NCBI GenBank assembly: GCA_964035545.1
Contig: OZ037769.1
Location: 10,570,633-10,634,632 of the forward strand
Reading direction: 5' to 3'
Source of the DNA: Bugula neritina
Taxonomy: Eukaryota; Animalia; Bryozoa
DNA: 64,000 nt
A model generated the notes under the pieces. The model was not told the DNA's origin. It did no database searches and saw nothing but the letters and a program-made list of their open reading frames with translations. The position numbers and the translations under genes were made by a program. This document shows positions 1-14,790 of this stretch, in pieces; position 1 is the first letter of the stretch; each line of letters opens with the position of its first letter.

Positions 1-1829
1 TAGGAACTAGGAACTTACTGACACCTGAATACACTGTAAGCTATTAGGGTTTAGTAAGGTAGGTTCCCAGTCTATTGCTTGTATGTTTTGTTTGTAGAGT
101 GTTAAACCTAAAAGATCAATAGTTCCGGTATCTACAACGTCTATGAAAGAGTTGCAACAGAAGCAGAAGACTGAGTATTCTCTTGTTTGATCCACAGAAC
201 TGGAGGATCTGCTGGTGGTGCACAGAGTTAGATGATATTATTCTCTTCTTTTCTATTGTACAATCAAACAATTCTAACTCTACGCGTTTCTAAGGACTTT
301 TGATTAGTTTACACATTTTTACTCAAGCAGCGTTTGACTTCCCAGCTCAAGAAATTAAACAGCTAAAGATATTAGCCATACCAGCAATAAGTATTGCTTG
401 TAATAGATAATGAGAATACAGGAGAAAGGGTTCCTAATGAAATATAATATATCATTAGAGTTATCCCCCTTGACTGTGTTGCTTCCCACCTTCCCCCCAC
501 CTTTGCTAGTATGCGATGTAAGCTCTGCTTTGATTAGTGCTGTATTACACTAGCCTTGAGTGATAGCAACTTAAAGCAAGTTTCAGTGATGTCTGTATAA
601 GCCTGACTTGCATGGCATATAAGAGAGAAGTAATAATAAAGTATAAAAAACGTGTTTCATCTCCTTAAAATGCAACTCTTTTTCCAACCTGATATTAAAT
701 TAGGCCTATATATTTTTGAATGCTTGTGTATAGTGAAATGTTGGTATAGCTATTTTATGTTATATCCTATGAAATTTCAAATTATGTAATTATTTTTTAT
801 ATTTTATGTTTTGTTCATTCCTTGTTCAACTTATTAGGCCATGTTTAACTTAATAGGAAAAACAAGCCTTGATAAACTTATATTTTATTTTAATTACAAT
901 CTTGTTTGTTCTACATTTGCTTTGTGTACAAAAAATTAACTTATTGTTTTATTTTAGCAGTAGGCTTTCTAATTATATCTCTTATTGAACTTAATTCAAA
1001 ATTCATATTTATTATATACATACCTTTCACTTTTTGCTCAACAATAAAATTAAGTATTTTTGTGACAATTTTCAAAATTTTTTCAACCAGTATTCTCAAT
1101 GTCTATATCCTATACATGTATGTATATAAAATATAACATCCTACCACTGTCAATTGAGATGTAAATGTGGATTATAAAGCACATGATTACTGATTAAATG
1201 CATATTCAAGGGCTGACATACAGCTGCTTTCTATATTAGTATAAACTATAAATGATAGTGTCATGCACATAATGCAATATTATTATACCAAAATAAAAGA
1301 CAGTTGCATTGATTACCTACTGTGAGATGCTGAAATGTGAATTTTCTCATAAGATTATAGGCCCTACTATTAACCCATTTATAACCTAAAATCATTACTA
1401 TAATTAAAACTTTGATAAGCATAAGCCATACATGTCAATTTAACAACATTACATGTAAGTACAGTACTGATTGCATGTGCCAGCTTGTCTATTATGCATG
1501 TGATATAAAGTAGCACAGGATCAATCTTAATTAGCAGTCTCTTCTTGCAAGACTAAACCAGCAGTGTGGTACAACCTACTAAGTACATCATATTAAACAG
1601 AAGCCTGTTACATCTTCTTACACTCTCTCTCTATCTCATATGTATTCTATGTATTAATATGTGTCATCTATGCAGGGATTATGAGTACTGTGAGGAGTTA
1701 GTTAATAATCAGTTATCTATAAGCAATCTCTTGTTAAGATCAGAACTACTAAGCTTATAATATGACATTAATAAAGAGTAACCTTAAATCAGAGGTCCCC
1801 TCACACAAAGATTATACAGCCACTTGGTA

Positions 1830-2097
1830 AATTTAAAGCGGAATTGAGGCATCACCTCCACTCTGTTGAGTGATCTGTGGTGCCTTGTATGGTAATGCCA
1901 ACATTGGGCCCGCGTACCACTAGCCATGCTATTTCGCACTGGGCCTCATCATCATTTCCGACAGCTTATTTTGATATAGGCTACTGTTATTTGTTACTAT
2001 GTTTCTTTTCTAATTGCTTGTTCTGCTCTTGTAAATTATCCTAGTTGTAAAACACTATGTTATGATGAAAATAAAACACACACACACACACACACAC
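1830..2097 (+). mobile_element. Probable 5'-truncated LINE (CR1/L2-like) 3' end
   Basis: Short coding-like stub (FKAELRHHL, resembling the FKxxLKxxL C-terminus of CR1/L2 ORF2), then a UTR-like stretch, AATAAA at ~2069 and a (CA)n tail. Boundaries approximate. Confidence 0.35.
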
Positions 2098-2607
2098 TTT
2101 ATTTAAGGCCTATACCCTATTAGACATTCAACTAAACTCTATTGAATGCAGAAATATTGCAGTATATTGTATATAAACTTGTGTTAATTATATTATTGTA
2201 TTAAATACTATACATACATGTAAAATATAGTGTATTAAATTTTGTGTTGGGTACTGTATTAATTTCACAAACAGGGCTAAGTTAATCTGAACTGCTCAGT
2301 TGATATGAAATATACAGCATATATGATATAATATTGTGCTTTAAAGTTTGAACTAGGTTAAATGATCTGCCAAACAGCTTGGTAAAAGTTGTTGTCGTGC
2401 TATGCACCCCATTGGCTCAAGTGATTTATCTCATTGTAACAGGTCAATTTAATTTCGTTTTTGATTTCCGGTAACATTGCATTCAACGGTGAAATAATAT
2501 GAAAATGTGGCAATACTAATTATTACAATTACAATAGTAGCACATGTTAATGATTTATCTGCTAAAAAACTAAGGAGATCAAAAAAGAAAGTGAAATATT
2601 TTCTACA

Positions 2608-5600
2608 ATGAAGTGTCACTATGATGTGTTAGGTGTAGATAGAGAGGCTAATGATGAAGAAATAAAGAAAGCTTATCGTAAGCTTGCTTTAAAGCTTCAC
2701 CCGGGTTAGTAAATTTAAATTAGAAATTTATTTCAGTACCTATTTTCTTTTAGTTTGGATAATGTTAGTTTCTACTGATAACGTTTGTCTTAAATTAAGA
2801 TATTGAGTTATTGTCAGTCGCTAACAGTAACAGTAACTTAAACTACTAGTATTGGTACTACTACTACTAGTAGAGTACTACTAGTACTACTACTAGTAGT
2901 AGTAGTACTAGTACCAGTACTAGTACTAGTACTAGTACTAGTACTACTAATATCTGTACTAAACTACTATTTAATTTTATTTTGGTTGCGTGCTTGTTCT
3001 CAGATCTGGGTCACAGCATATAAAAAAATTTATTTTTAAGAAAGTTTTGAGCATTCATCATTCATGTAGAGTTAGTAAGTGTCATAGCAGTAGCACTGGT
3101 TTTAAGTTTGGAGTTTAAAAAGTTAAACTTGAAACTGAGTATAAACTAGACCAAGAAATGCGTTGGGTCTGAGTTACTGTTATCTTAAATCAATTTGAAT
3201 TCGAATTGATTTGCAAGTTCAACTTGCAAGTCTCTAAAATAAGTCTTTATTGAATGATTGATGGCAATAATAATAGTTGAGACTTTCATTTTATTTTATT
3301 TCTTTACATAGTAATACTTGCTCTGATATTAGCTTGCCTAAAAATTGTAGACAAGTAATGTATTAGTCAAGTTTTTAGCTTGTTAACAAGAGTAAACTAT
3401 GCAAGTTGAAATTACTTAGTTTTTGATTCAGCTCTTTCATGCTCGTTTTATGTTCTTCGATGGTCCTCAGTTCACAGTTAAAAATAATTTGTAAGACTTG
3501 ATAAATTCTTTGCCAATTTTTAAAAACACAAAAAATCTGAAAGTCTATTCCAAGTATCACAACTAAAAACTGAAGCAGGAAACATATACTTGCTTCTGCA
3601 TCACTCACTAAAATGAGTCAGATTGATATTTTTAAATGAATTAAGGAGAATCTACTCATAGATAAAAGTTTTTAATGCTTTAGATATAAAGATTTAGACA
3701 CCATGACCATAATTAGCTGTCACGGTTTTATCAATAAATAACTCATAATTTAATTTGCTTACAGCTCAATAAGGTTTCAAACTCATCAAAAGCAGCTGGG
3801 TACAAATGGTACTTGCGAAATTGTACTTGCTTGGCAGTTACTGTGTTACTAATAAAATTGTATTTTTTTACATATCGCCACATATCTCATATGTTTTTTC
3901 ATGACTTCACCCATTTGTGTTACTAAAAGTTTTAAGAAACCAATTTTTCCAACATGTAATATTTATAAATAGACAAGAATCTAGAGAATGTAGAGCAAGC
4001 AACTCTCGAGTTTCGAACTGTCCAGCAGGCTTATGATGTGCTGTGTGACCCCCAGGAGAGGGCCTGGTACGACAAACACCGGGATGCTATACTGATGGGT
4101 GGTGAGTTAGCAGTGGCATCTCATTGGAATATATTCACCAATACTATATCTTAAGTCTTACATTCTAGCAGACGTTACTGACACATCCTGCAGACGTTCA
4201 TATCCATTAGAAATTCATTTGAAAACATATTACATTCTGTCCTTCATTTTGTTTTGCTATTAGTTTTTTCTGTATTGATATTGCATCTAAAAGAATAACT
4301 GTCAGGTAAAGCGTAAATTATCGCATATTTCAGGAATGGGCAAGGGAGATGAGTACCAAGATAATAGCATAGATATTTATGCGTATTTCAATACTTCCTG
4401 TTATTCTGGTTACTATGACGATGATCAGGTAAGTTAGACATAGCTTTAGTTCTGTGGACTTTGTCTAAAGTATGTTTGTAGCATAGTCACACCCCAAGTG
4501 CCGTTGTTTCATCATATTTCAGTGCCAATCCGCAGTAACAGTGCTACAGGTTATACAGTATGGAATATATGCGTTGAATTTGAACTTGAACTCTTGAAAT
4601 TTTATACAAAACACAATGATAGATTTAATTTGATTTATATAAAACTCATTTTCTTTTATCAATGCGTCTATTTGTTTTGATCTATTAACTAGTTGTGCTT
4701 TGTGTAGTTTTACCTCAACGTATGTGTCGATAAACTGTCACTCGTTTCTATAAATCTGGAATAGTTTTGATTTTGATAAACTCCTGCTTGTTACTAGTCG
4801 ATGAGAACGAATGACCTGAACAGTTGTATAGTATATGGCTTTAAAAATATTTTTATGCAAAAACTCCATTTTTTATTTATTGTTAGATTTTAGAGTGAAG
4901 TGCAATATTTTACACTGGATATTTAGCCTGTATATGAATATTTGTGTTACTATTTAATGTTATGCTCTGACAGCGTATTCCAATGTGTAATCTGCTTATG
5001 TTTCTTTTCCTTCACTTGTATGTGTAGTTAACAATATGTATGTTATGAATAATCTATTTCCTGTGTGTATTACAGGGGTTCTACACTGTGTACAGAAATG
5101 TGTTTGTGCAAATATCAGACGAAGATGCGGCATTTTTAAAGAGTGACGATTCTGAATGTGAACTTCCGAATTTTGGTGACTCTCTCAGCAAGTATGACGA
5201 GGTACCTGTTCCATAATGAGTTGAGATTGTTATGAGTCGAGTTTGTTACGAGTCGAGTTTGTTACGAGTCGAGTTCGTTACGAGTTGATTTTGTTATGAA
5301 TTAAGTTTGTGGTGCAAGGAAACAGGTTGTAGGTGCTGTTACTTGGCTCAGTATTGTTCATAAATCTGTTACACTGTCTAGGTGGTGGGGCCCTTCTATG
5401 GATACTGGGAATCATACTGCACCGCCAAGTCGTATGTGTGGTGTGAGAAGTGGGACACCAGAGAGGCTCCTGACAGGATGACCAGGAGAGCCATGGAGCA
5501 AGAAAATAAAAAAATCTGTGAAGCTAAGCGAAAAGAGCGAAATGAAGAAATTCGGGTGAGCGAGTGAATATGAATTGTTAGTTATTCAGTATGAGTTAGT

Positions 5601-8600
5601 TAGTGGCATGAACTCGTGTGTGTGCATACTGTGGTATGAGTCACACTGTGGTATGAGTCCTACACACCAAGTGTGAAGGGCATTGTCACTTACTTGGTGT
5701 GAGTCACTCAGTATCGCTGTTTTTAGGTAAAAGAGTATTCGACTTTTGGTATACATGTCTAAAGTTGCGTTTATACCTCAGCTGAAAAAAGTACCGAGTT
5801 TAAGTTAATAATGCTTGTCCGGGTACCCCTTTATGTCAAACTGAAACTCGTTGAAATCATATTGATGCGGTTGCTCACTTTCTGAAATTGAAATTTGACT
5901 CGCATAATAGCCATTTGATGCCTTTTGTAAACGTCGTGAATTAGTGAAGCGGAAAGCATAAAAGCGATAATTGAGAAGGCGTAGGCTATATAATTATAAC
6001 CGTATAAGTACGTTGTCTAATCGCCAAAGTAATAACTAAATAACGATGTTTACAAGGAGTTATTACTCCTATTCTAAAATTGGCCGATTAAGTTATCACA
6101 GTACAAAAATTTCAACGAGTGGCTTTTACAATGCAATGGCTAAATTGAACTTTTGACCGAAAATCGTGAAGGTATAAACGCAACTTTAAAATATCTTGAG
6201 ATATCAGCATGGGAACTGGTCTGCTATTAAACAGTACATTATTTAGGATTTGCTTTAAACAACTCCATTGTGTTGTAACAGTCAGTCATTTGAAAATCAT
6301 ACTGTCAGTCTCCTTATTTCATGTGACATTCTTGTGAAGAAGAACCTGCAGAGCATCACAAATCATTAGCGCTTCTGGTAAAACTCACGATGTTTACATG
6401 TTATTTCTAGGCGTTGGTGGCTTTTGTAAAGAAAAGAGACAAGAGAGTTATAGCATACAAGGTAAAAAAACTCTCATATTTTATTTAGATATATACTGCA
6501 TATTAGTTCTTGCTTACACATTGTTATTCTATGCTCATGTTTGTGCTGTTATAAGGCACAATTTTTTTAGTTTTTTGGCATTTCAGTGTTTTGAGTTTAC
6601 ATTCACTAGTACCTCATGTATAAACTTCAGTTCAACTGCTGCATTTCAGTCGGGAGTTATCTTCTGTGTTAGCGCTGTTTTCATTGCTTTATTCTACGTG
6701 GTTGTCTCCTCTTATGTGGGCCGACACAGTAGGAAATCTGGTTGCATATATTTGGGTCACCAGTCTATTAGTTGCCCTGCTATATTCATTGGGGAAAATA
6801 AGTTTTATAGCAACACAAATTTTCAACCTCTTTGATGTAAGAGCTGATCAATTTGGTGTTTTCCATGAATTTACTAGCCTGCAGGCAAATGAGTTCTATC
6901 TTTTATCTGATGGCATATCTCAAACTGGTTGCATTTGAATCTAAGTATTTATTTACATACCATGTAATTTTGTAGATTCACTATCTCACATGTATTTACT
7001 TATTTTTCCTATTTCAGCAAATGACTGTTATTGTTTCTATAAAATAAAATTTTGTTGTGCTTTGCTGGTATCTTATTTTTTGGGTGTTGTATAGAAATTT
7101 CTGGAAGAAAAAGCGATAGAAGCGGCTCGACTTGCAAAAGAAAGGAGTATTCAAGACAAGAAGGAAGCTTTAAGGTGCATACATCATTTCATTATTGTTT
7201 TTTGCTGTGATAACTTTATTAATTAAGCAGTGTAAATGCAGGACTCCTGTAGGTGTGATACTATATAATATTAACAGTGTAGTATTTGTATGTGTAGTAT
7301 TTGTATATGTAGTATTAGTATGTGTAGTATTTGTATGTAGTATTTGTATGTGTGACCTTCACCTATTAGGGTGGAAACAAAACTCCGCTTATGGAAAATC
7401 AAACCCGCCTGTAACAGAAGTTATCTACTGAGTACTACTAATAATAGGTCTCAGTTTTATAGAATTATTGAGCCGATGTGGTCTGCCTAGTTTATTTCTA
7501 AACTAAAACTATGCAGCTATTATAATAACTACCCTCAGTATTTCACATTAGATGCACTGTGCACATGCTACTAGATATATAGAAAGTGTTAGAGTCACTC
7601 ATATCTTTCCCAATCCTATACGTATCCTATCACAATAGACATATGCTCTGAGATATCCCATGCATGCACCAGTGGCTCTGTGCTAAGCCCTAGTCTATCA
7701 CTTTTCTGTAACAACACTCATGCAATGCTCACCTGGGTGTTACAGAAGTATGGAAAATTACCAAGAGACGCAGTGGTCAGCAATGTCCAACTTAGAGGAC
7801 CATCTCCAGGTGCTGGAGAGCAACGTCAGTCAGGAGTTTAGAGACGCCAACATGGACTCATGTATGCTGTTCTTTCTCAAGTTGTTTTACTGGTTACTCT
7901 GTGAAAAGTTATAACTGTGTCCTAAATCTTGTGACTCCCGTAGTAGATTGTGATCGATACCTCAGGACGCAGTAGTCTTGTTACTCACTTTATTATATAA
8001 ATATTCACACTAGTCATTAATTTTTTGTAGCAAATAGTGACGAAGAATACGTTGAACTAAACAACCTCTTCTGCATTGTGTGTAACAAAACTTTTAAGAC
8101 GGAGAAAGCGTGAGTATTACTTCAGTAATACTTGACTATATTTACAGTGTTCTATTTACTACAAACGAACTTGCCACAAAAAAGTGTTAGCTTTATATAT
8201 ACTGATGTGTTTGAAAATTGTCTGAATTATTGCAATTAAATAGCATTTTGTGACTTTCTAGTAGCACTGTGAGTAGTACTGTGGTGGAGTAGTACTGTTG
8301 TAGAGTAGTACTGTAGTTGAGTAGTACTGTGGTAAAGTAGCAATTTGTATATTGAATACATTTAGTTCAGAGCTCTTAGCCAAGATACTGCACCTGAGAA
8401 GCTAGTTCTATCTCCATGTTTATTCTAGACTAGCAAATCATGAGAAATCAAAGAAGCATCGAGAAAATGTAGCACTACTCCGACAAGAGATGTTAGCTGA
8501 TGATGAATTGATAGAACTGAGTTTATCTGAAGAGGAGAAGGAGGTGGCACCCTCCCGTACTAAGTAAGCCTCTTACTATCACCAAGGCTATTTATATATT

Positions 8601-10552
8601 CATGAGCTAACATCTACTCTGCCAACTCTCTCTCTCACTCCCACTAATTGTTTTCTTATTTGAACCCTTTAAAGTTTAAGCTCATACCTAGCATTGGTGT
8701 GAGTAAACCTATGCTTGATGTTCATTTCAATCCTTTCTATTAAAGACAATAGAATAACAGTATGAAGGTCGAGTAGAAATCTCGTATACACATGGCGTCC
8801 GACTCATGACATTTGACTTCAGTGCAAATAAACTCGCATATGATTGTAGATCAAAGAAAAAGCAGAAAAAAAAGAAAAATCAAAAGACCAATCACGATTA
8901 TAATGAAGAAATCAGCGGTGATGCTACAGCCGTGTCTACAGACCAGGTGAGTGCGCCAACATCTCCCTACGTCTCTCTCTTTCCTTACCTCTCTCTCTCC
9001 CTCTCCCCCTCTCTCCCTCTCTCACTCTCTCTCCCTCCCTCTCTCCCTCCCTCTCTCCCTCCCTCTCTCTCTCCCTCTCTCCATCTCTCCCCCTCTCTCT
9101 CTCCCCCTCTCCCCCTCTCTCTCCCTCTCTCTCCCCCTTCTCTCCCCCTCTCCCCCTTGCCCCTCTCCCTCCCTCCCTACCTCTCTCTCTCCCCCTCTCT
9201 CTCTCCCCCCTCTCTCTCTCTCTCTGTTGGTAGAGTGAATATACGTTACTAAGTTATTTTTGTAGGATGAGTTAGTGGCTGAGTTAGCTGGAAACTTAGA
9301 CAGTGCATGTACAGTCACTACGGACACTACAGACGCACCAGCCAGTACAGACGCTACAGTCACTACAGTCACTACAGACATTACAGCAAACACTCTGGTA
9401 GACTCGCCTAAGCTGTCAGCTGAAGGAAATATAGTGACAGATGATGAACAGGTAATTATTGTTGAAGGACTTTAGTATTGTATATAGTGTCAGTATTGGT
9501 AGACTCAGCTACAGTGGTGGTCATACTGGTACAGGTGTGTGTAATTGTAAAAGTAATGATAATGATAATAGTAGTGGTAATTGTAGTAATAGTAATAATA
9601 GTAATAGTGTTAATAGTAATAGTAATAATAGTAATAGTAATAATAGTAATAGTGTTAATAGTAATAGTAATAATAGTAATAGTAATTGTGGTGTTTCTAA
9701 TTAACTTAGTAACTATACTAGTGGTAACTTTTGATTTGGAAGTGTTATATAGTAACATAATATGTTCATATACTGAGTAATATATTAATATATGCTTATA
9801 CACCGAGTAATAGTTGGAAATAAGAGTAATTAATATGTGCACACAACTCCCAATGTTGCTTCATCTCCACGTACAACTTTGCAATGCTAACCATTGTAGG
9901 CTGATATTAGCGATTTCATCCACAAATCAGCCAATAAGAATAAGAAAAAGAAACCAAATTCTGCAAATTCGAAAGTCTCAGTTAGTAAAGACCAGGTATA
10001 TATAACACATACGTAATGTTATTTTACTGCTAGGGTTCTTGACTTGGGTTTCTTGAGCGAAACTCTTACTTCTTTTTAACTGGTGCTGAAGTTGGCTGGT
10101 TTTTTGTTCTAGAGTATATGATGTATTCAAAAGTTGTTTACCTTGTTTCTGTCTGCTGTTCACCCATCAACTATGATTGGGTAGTTAATTGTCATGGCAA
10201 CAGCTAGTCTTTTCATATTGTATGACACTCACTCTCTCGGCCTTTCCTTGGGATCTATACATCCTGCCATGTACTACATAGATGCGTTAGATTCATGTTT
10301 ATGTATGCTAATAATGCAGCAGTGGAAGCACCATGTTAACAACCTACAGCTAAGCATGTGATAGTCAATGTATTTCCTGTACAATATTCATAGTTACCAG
10401 AGCTGGCCTGTAAGGTGTGCCACACAGTGCTGCTAACGAGGAATAAGCTGTTTGAACATATAAAGGAGAGTGGACATGCTGCCTTAAAGAATGAGACAAC
10501 TCCCACAGAGCCTACTAGCGTCAAGACTAAACGAAAAGGGCGAAGAAAATAA
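2608..10552 (+). CDS. DNAJC21: DnaJ homolog subfamily C member 21 (J domain, zuotin-like region, two C2H2 zinc fingers); 14 exons
   Basis: Exons 2608-2704, 3973-4101, 4334-4428, 5076-5201, 5382-5555, 6411-6461, 7095-7174, 7746-7861, 8031-8109, 8429-8563, 8850-8946, 9266-9451, 9900-9995, 10394-10552, all GT-AG and phase-compatible. Protein [10 protein letters not shown]...LALKLHPDKN...[14 protein letters not shown]...[10 protein letters not shown]...[19 protein letters not shown]...[24 protein letters not shown]...[23 protein letters not shown]...KRKGRRK*. Confidence 0.95.
2848..2950. repeat. (TAC/TAG)n degenerate microsatellite in DNAJC21 intron 1
   Basis: Runs of tactac/tagtag/tactag seen directly. 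Confidence 0.8.
5763..6185. mobile_element. Non-autonomous DNA transposon (Kolobok-like MITE) in DNAJC21 intron 5
   Basis: TIRs AGTTGCGTTTATACCT (5763-5778) and AGGTATAAACGCAACT (6170-6185). Flanks are CTAA and TTAA. AG...CT ends with a TTAA target fit Kolobok. Confidence 0.7.
8972..9225. repeat. CT-rich polypyrimidine low-complexity tract (DNAJC21 intron 11)
   Basis: Almost pure C/T; source of several spurious ORFs. Confidence 0.9.
9553..9686. repeat. (TAA/TAG)n microsatellite (DNAJC21 intron 12)
   Basis: agtaat/aatagt repeats seen directly. Confidence 0.9.
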
Positions 10553-10871
10553 CAATATTTTATTTCATGTAATATTAAGTGAATATTATACTTTTTTACT
10601 ATGAATACATATTTATGAGGACAGAATCAATAATTTGTAATTATTTGCAATACATGACAAAAACTTTTAATGAAAAGCTACAAAGATTATTTTAAAAATT
10701 GATTGAAATATAATGATCATCTGGTGTGATGTACTTCACTAAGTAAGTGTTATCTGGAGGCAGCATTCAAGACTGAAGAGCAAGTCTAGGTGTGGCAGTG
10801 GGTAGTCTGCTTATTAACTTGTGATTATATAATGGCTGATATTTAAATGAGGCCTAAAATAACATGGCATG

Positions 10872-11003
10872 GTGTAACATAACATTACCTGATACAACAT
10901 AACATCACTTGTGTGTAACATAACACTACCTGTGTGTAACAACATTACCTGTGTGTAACATAACACTACCTGTGTGTAACATAACATTACCTAGTGCAAC
11001 ATA
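10872..11003. repeat. ~20-bp minisatellite (gtgtaacataacaYtacctgt)
   Basis: About 6 degenerate tandem copies. Confidence 0.75.
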
Positions 11004-12597
11004 ATAAACGCAGGTTTCTTATAGCCGCAGCGTCTGTTCTGGTATCATTTAATTCCAACCAACTTTCTATAATTTAGATTTAGTTCCTAGTAGTAGTCTG
11101 CCTATTGGTATTGTTTCACAGCGATTTCTTCCACGTCTTACTTGCAGTATAAACATTCACTTACTTACAGGAGTTGCTTTTGTTTCCCCATCACATTTTT
11201 TTATAAGAAAATCTTTGAAAAACTATTCTGCAGCCTAACTGCTCAAAGTTTTCTGGTGACATCATGAGTGGTTGGAAGGTATTCAATTATGCATGCACAA
11301 AGGCCAGCATACATTGTCTGCACCTTTCATGGTAACTTTCATTGTCAACTGTATATTATATATCAATGTTTGGTGTTGAAACTTATACAGTTTTCAATTA
11401 TGAGTTCATAGCCTCTCCATGACTTGTGTGCTCAGTGAGTACATAATATATTTACCAAATTGCAACCCCCCCAAGACATTACCTCATTATTCTCCAAGTG
11501 TCCCTCTAGACCTGTAGAGTTAACTCTAGATTAATCAATCTCTAGTCCATTCAACTCATCTATTCATATGCATGGGAGTTTGAGACTTCGGGGCAAAAGT
11601 AGTCACATTGCATCAACATTTGATTTACATCTGCCTTGCAACAAGCATTCGACATTTGAGAGTACCTGGCCACAGGTCTGAGTAGACAGGCATACGTGTT
11701 CTAACTTCCTGAAGTAAGTATACACTAATACAATTATGGACTGTTCATTAATGGCTAGCAAAAACTTACCTACTTAATTACTCATGCACTATTTTTGATG
11801 TTTCTACCTTTGAGCAAAAATGTGTACAGAAATGTTGTAAACTGAAAAAGGCTTGAATTTAGCATTTCTTTGAAATTGAGACAATGAAACCTTGGACATT
11901 TCCAACAATCTTATCAAAAATAAATTTTTTATGGCATGAGTATTTTAGAAGTATGTGTTTTATATAGGCACATTCTTCTTTTAGCCAGAGCATAGAGTCA
12001 ATTACAATCAATAATATTTATTAAGTAATTGATTATATCATCAAATATTTGTTATACTGATTCATCTTGACATACATGACATACATACACCAATATGTTC
12101 TTTTGTTTTGTATTATAAACTTAGTATTCATTCCTAAATGAATACTACGATCAAATATTTTTATTATAAATCTGCATATTATATATTATAATCTATTATA
12201 TTACAACAACAAAATTAATTTCTTTAGTGAAAATTTTACAGTTTATTTCATTATTGGTATTAGACTTCTACTTGTGCATGTTTATAAACTACACTGCAGC
12301 AGTAACTGGTCAAAATGCTCATTTACGTAATAGGTTATATCAATGACCTGCCTACCTCATCTCAATTAAATGAGCGCACAAGGTACCACTAAACACAAAA
12401 TATCTAATATTATATTGTAAGTGTATCTGAATGTGTATGCATTAATTATGTTATCTTACACAATGTATGCATATGCAATAGAATTACGGAGCATATAGAT
12501 ATTAGTTGTATACAAACTGGTGTTTGTGCTCAATGGCTGGCCTATTTCAGCTAGCACCCACCATCTCACTCACCATCTCACCCACCATCCCTCCAAC

Positions 12598-12653
12598 ATG
12601 CCTAACATGAAGAAACTGGGTCGAGGAGGCCAGGAAGCCGGCTGTATCTATGC
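12598..12653 (+). CDS. Candidate alternative first coding exon A of the innexin (MPNMKKLGRGGQEAGCIYA)
   Basis: ATG at 12598, open frame to a strong donor GC|GTGAGT in phase 2, in frame with the innexin acceptor at 17746. GC-richer than its flanks; upstream acceptor ttcag at 12550. Confidence 0.5.
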
Positions 12654-13960
12654 GTGAGTCACATACTTCCTTTTCTGTATGGTAGACGCTTAAATTACTT
12701 CAAAATAGTGTTAGCTGTATTTAGTTTTTGAAGTTTTTAGTTTGTAATAAATTTATGATGTTTAATTATACTCAATTTGCTATTATTTCAAAAAAAAATT
12801 GTATCCATTTTTAAAATTTCTGTTGTTCTGTGGTTGCATATTAAGCCTGAGATTAAGATTTTCTAGCAAGCTTGTGTGTGCATGAAGTTATTGTTGTATT
12901 GCAGATAAAATATTTGTATTAGCTGAATGAGTCATCTAGAAAAACTTGTAACTATTCTAGAAGCCTTCAGCTATTGTGATGCATACTATAATATGTGACA
13001 CAATTATTATAGCATTTGATATAAATTCAACTTTTAGGCCTGTGTTAAAATTAATCTAATTGGCTACAAAATTGGAATTTTTTCGTCACTAGTGGGTTGT
13101 GGGTTATAAATACCATTTTGAAAAATCTAAACAGCAAAGAAGTAAAATTAATAGTTGTTATATGATCATGCGTAGCTAGAATAGCTACTCTATATTACAT
13201 CCAAGTCACCATGTATATGATAGTCTAGTTACTTTATATAGTCAAGCTACTTTATATTCAAGTAACTCTATATAATATATAGTCGAATCGTTCTATACTA
13301 CAAACTTATATTTAGCTGCTGTTTGTAGAGAGAAATCAATAGACTGCAGGTATTTTATACCTATCATAACTTATTGTTTAGTGACTGTGATAAACAGTAT
13401 AATAAAACTAACACCTTTATGGGAGCATAACTAAACAATAACGTGAAACAGTGACATTAGAAGACAACTCCTAGGTTCTACAGCAAAATATAGTAAATAT
13501 ATTTTGTGGTATGGACTGTGGACATCCTATAAGTTTCTACCAACAGGAAACGCAATAGCATGTGTGGATATGAGAGTACAGATGAATTCTACATTCTACT
13601 CGTTATTAACATGATATGTTTATATTTGCAATACTTTTAATCAAAATGCCAGGTTATGATATTGTATTCTAAACCTCCTAACAACATCTGCTGCACAAGG
13701 AATTATGAAAATTAGCTCTTAGCAATATGACAGGATTAAGAGGGGCTGGTTGCTCCCTCTTTGTAGTACATGAGCAGTACTTTGTGCGTATAATGCATAC
13801 TCTGTGTGCCTCGGCTTCTTCCCTCTTGCACATGTACTGCTCAGGTTGAAAGTGTAGTGAGAGTTTAGCTGTGTGTAATATTTGTGGAGCTACAATCTGC
13901 AACAAAGTTTAACTGAATCCTGTCTTAGATTTAGTTTAGCAGCCAGAGTTTTGCATCAGC

Positions 13961-13983
13961 ATGGCAGAAGGGCTCTCGTACAG
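13961..13983 (+). CDS. Candidate alternative first coding exon B of the innexin (MAEGLSYS)
   Basis: agcATGG Kozak-like start, donor CAG|GTATGG in phase 2, in frame with the acceptor at 17746. Confidence 0.45.
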
Positions 13984-14540
13984 GTATGGTTGCGCCCAAT
14001 AACAGGCTTTCTTCTTAATATTCTTTTAATAACATTCTATAAATTCTTCTATGCAATAGTAAACTCTCTTTTATAAATTCTTTTAGTATTATGTTCAATT
14101 TTTATTGGTTGATTCAACAATTAATGCTTTTTCAGTCATTGCCCCCTCTGCTACCTGTGGTGACTAAACTACCAGCTATAGGTTAAATAATTCTTAAACT
14201 TACAATAGTATGTTCAGTATAGTATGGCTTAAAAGTTCATATATACTACTCTGAAAATTGAGTTTTGATTTATTTTAATAATGCTACTCGGTTGGTGAAA
14301 AGTCAATAGACTTTATTTAGTTTTCTGTGCAGTGGCTGAAACCAAATCCAGCTTTTGCCACTCAGCATTAAGCACTACACAAGATATAACATAATACATC
14401 TTTGCAAAACCTCTCACAAGGTTTTCATTTATAAATACATTATTAGTGATATTTCAAAAAAGTATTTCGAAATTCAGTATTCATGCAGTATTCAAGGATG
14501 CAGCCACCTTTTCAATAATTCACTACAGTCAAGGGTTACC

Positions 14541-14790
14541 TGTATATATGCTCAGCTGTATGCTGCGCACTGTATATATGCTCAGCTGTATGCTGCGCAC
14601 TGTATATATGCTCAGCTGTATGCTGCACACTGTATATATGCTCAGCTGTATGCTGCACACTGTATATATGCTCAGCTGTATGCTGCACACTGTATATATG
14701 CTCAGCTGTATGCTGCACACTGTATATATGCTCAGTAGTATGCTGCACACTGTATATATGCTCAGCTGTATGCTGCAAACTGTATATATA
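14541..14790. repeat. 30-bp tandem repeat (tgtatatatgctcagctgtatgctgcacac) x ~8
   Basis: Near-identical head-to-tail units with no spacers. Confidence 0.95.

Noticed and set aside
1-260. Coding-looking minus-strand stretch at the window edge
   Set aside because: No recognisable motif and no confident splice boundaries; needs the adjacent sequence.
8806-9842. Pro/Ser/Leu-, Arg/Glu- and Ile/Thr-rich ORFs
   Set aside because: Read-through into intronic low-complexity repeats of DNAJC21.
14541-14790. 30-bp repeats of CRISPR-like length and the overlapping repetitive ORFs
   Set aside because: Head-to-tail with no spacers, no cas genes, eukaryotic context: a minisatellite.
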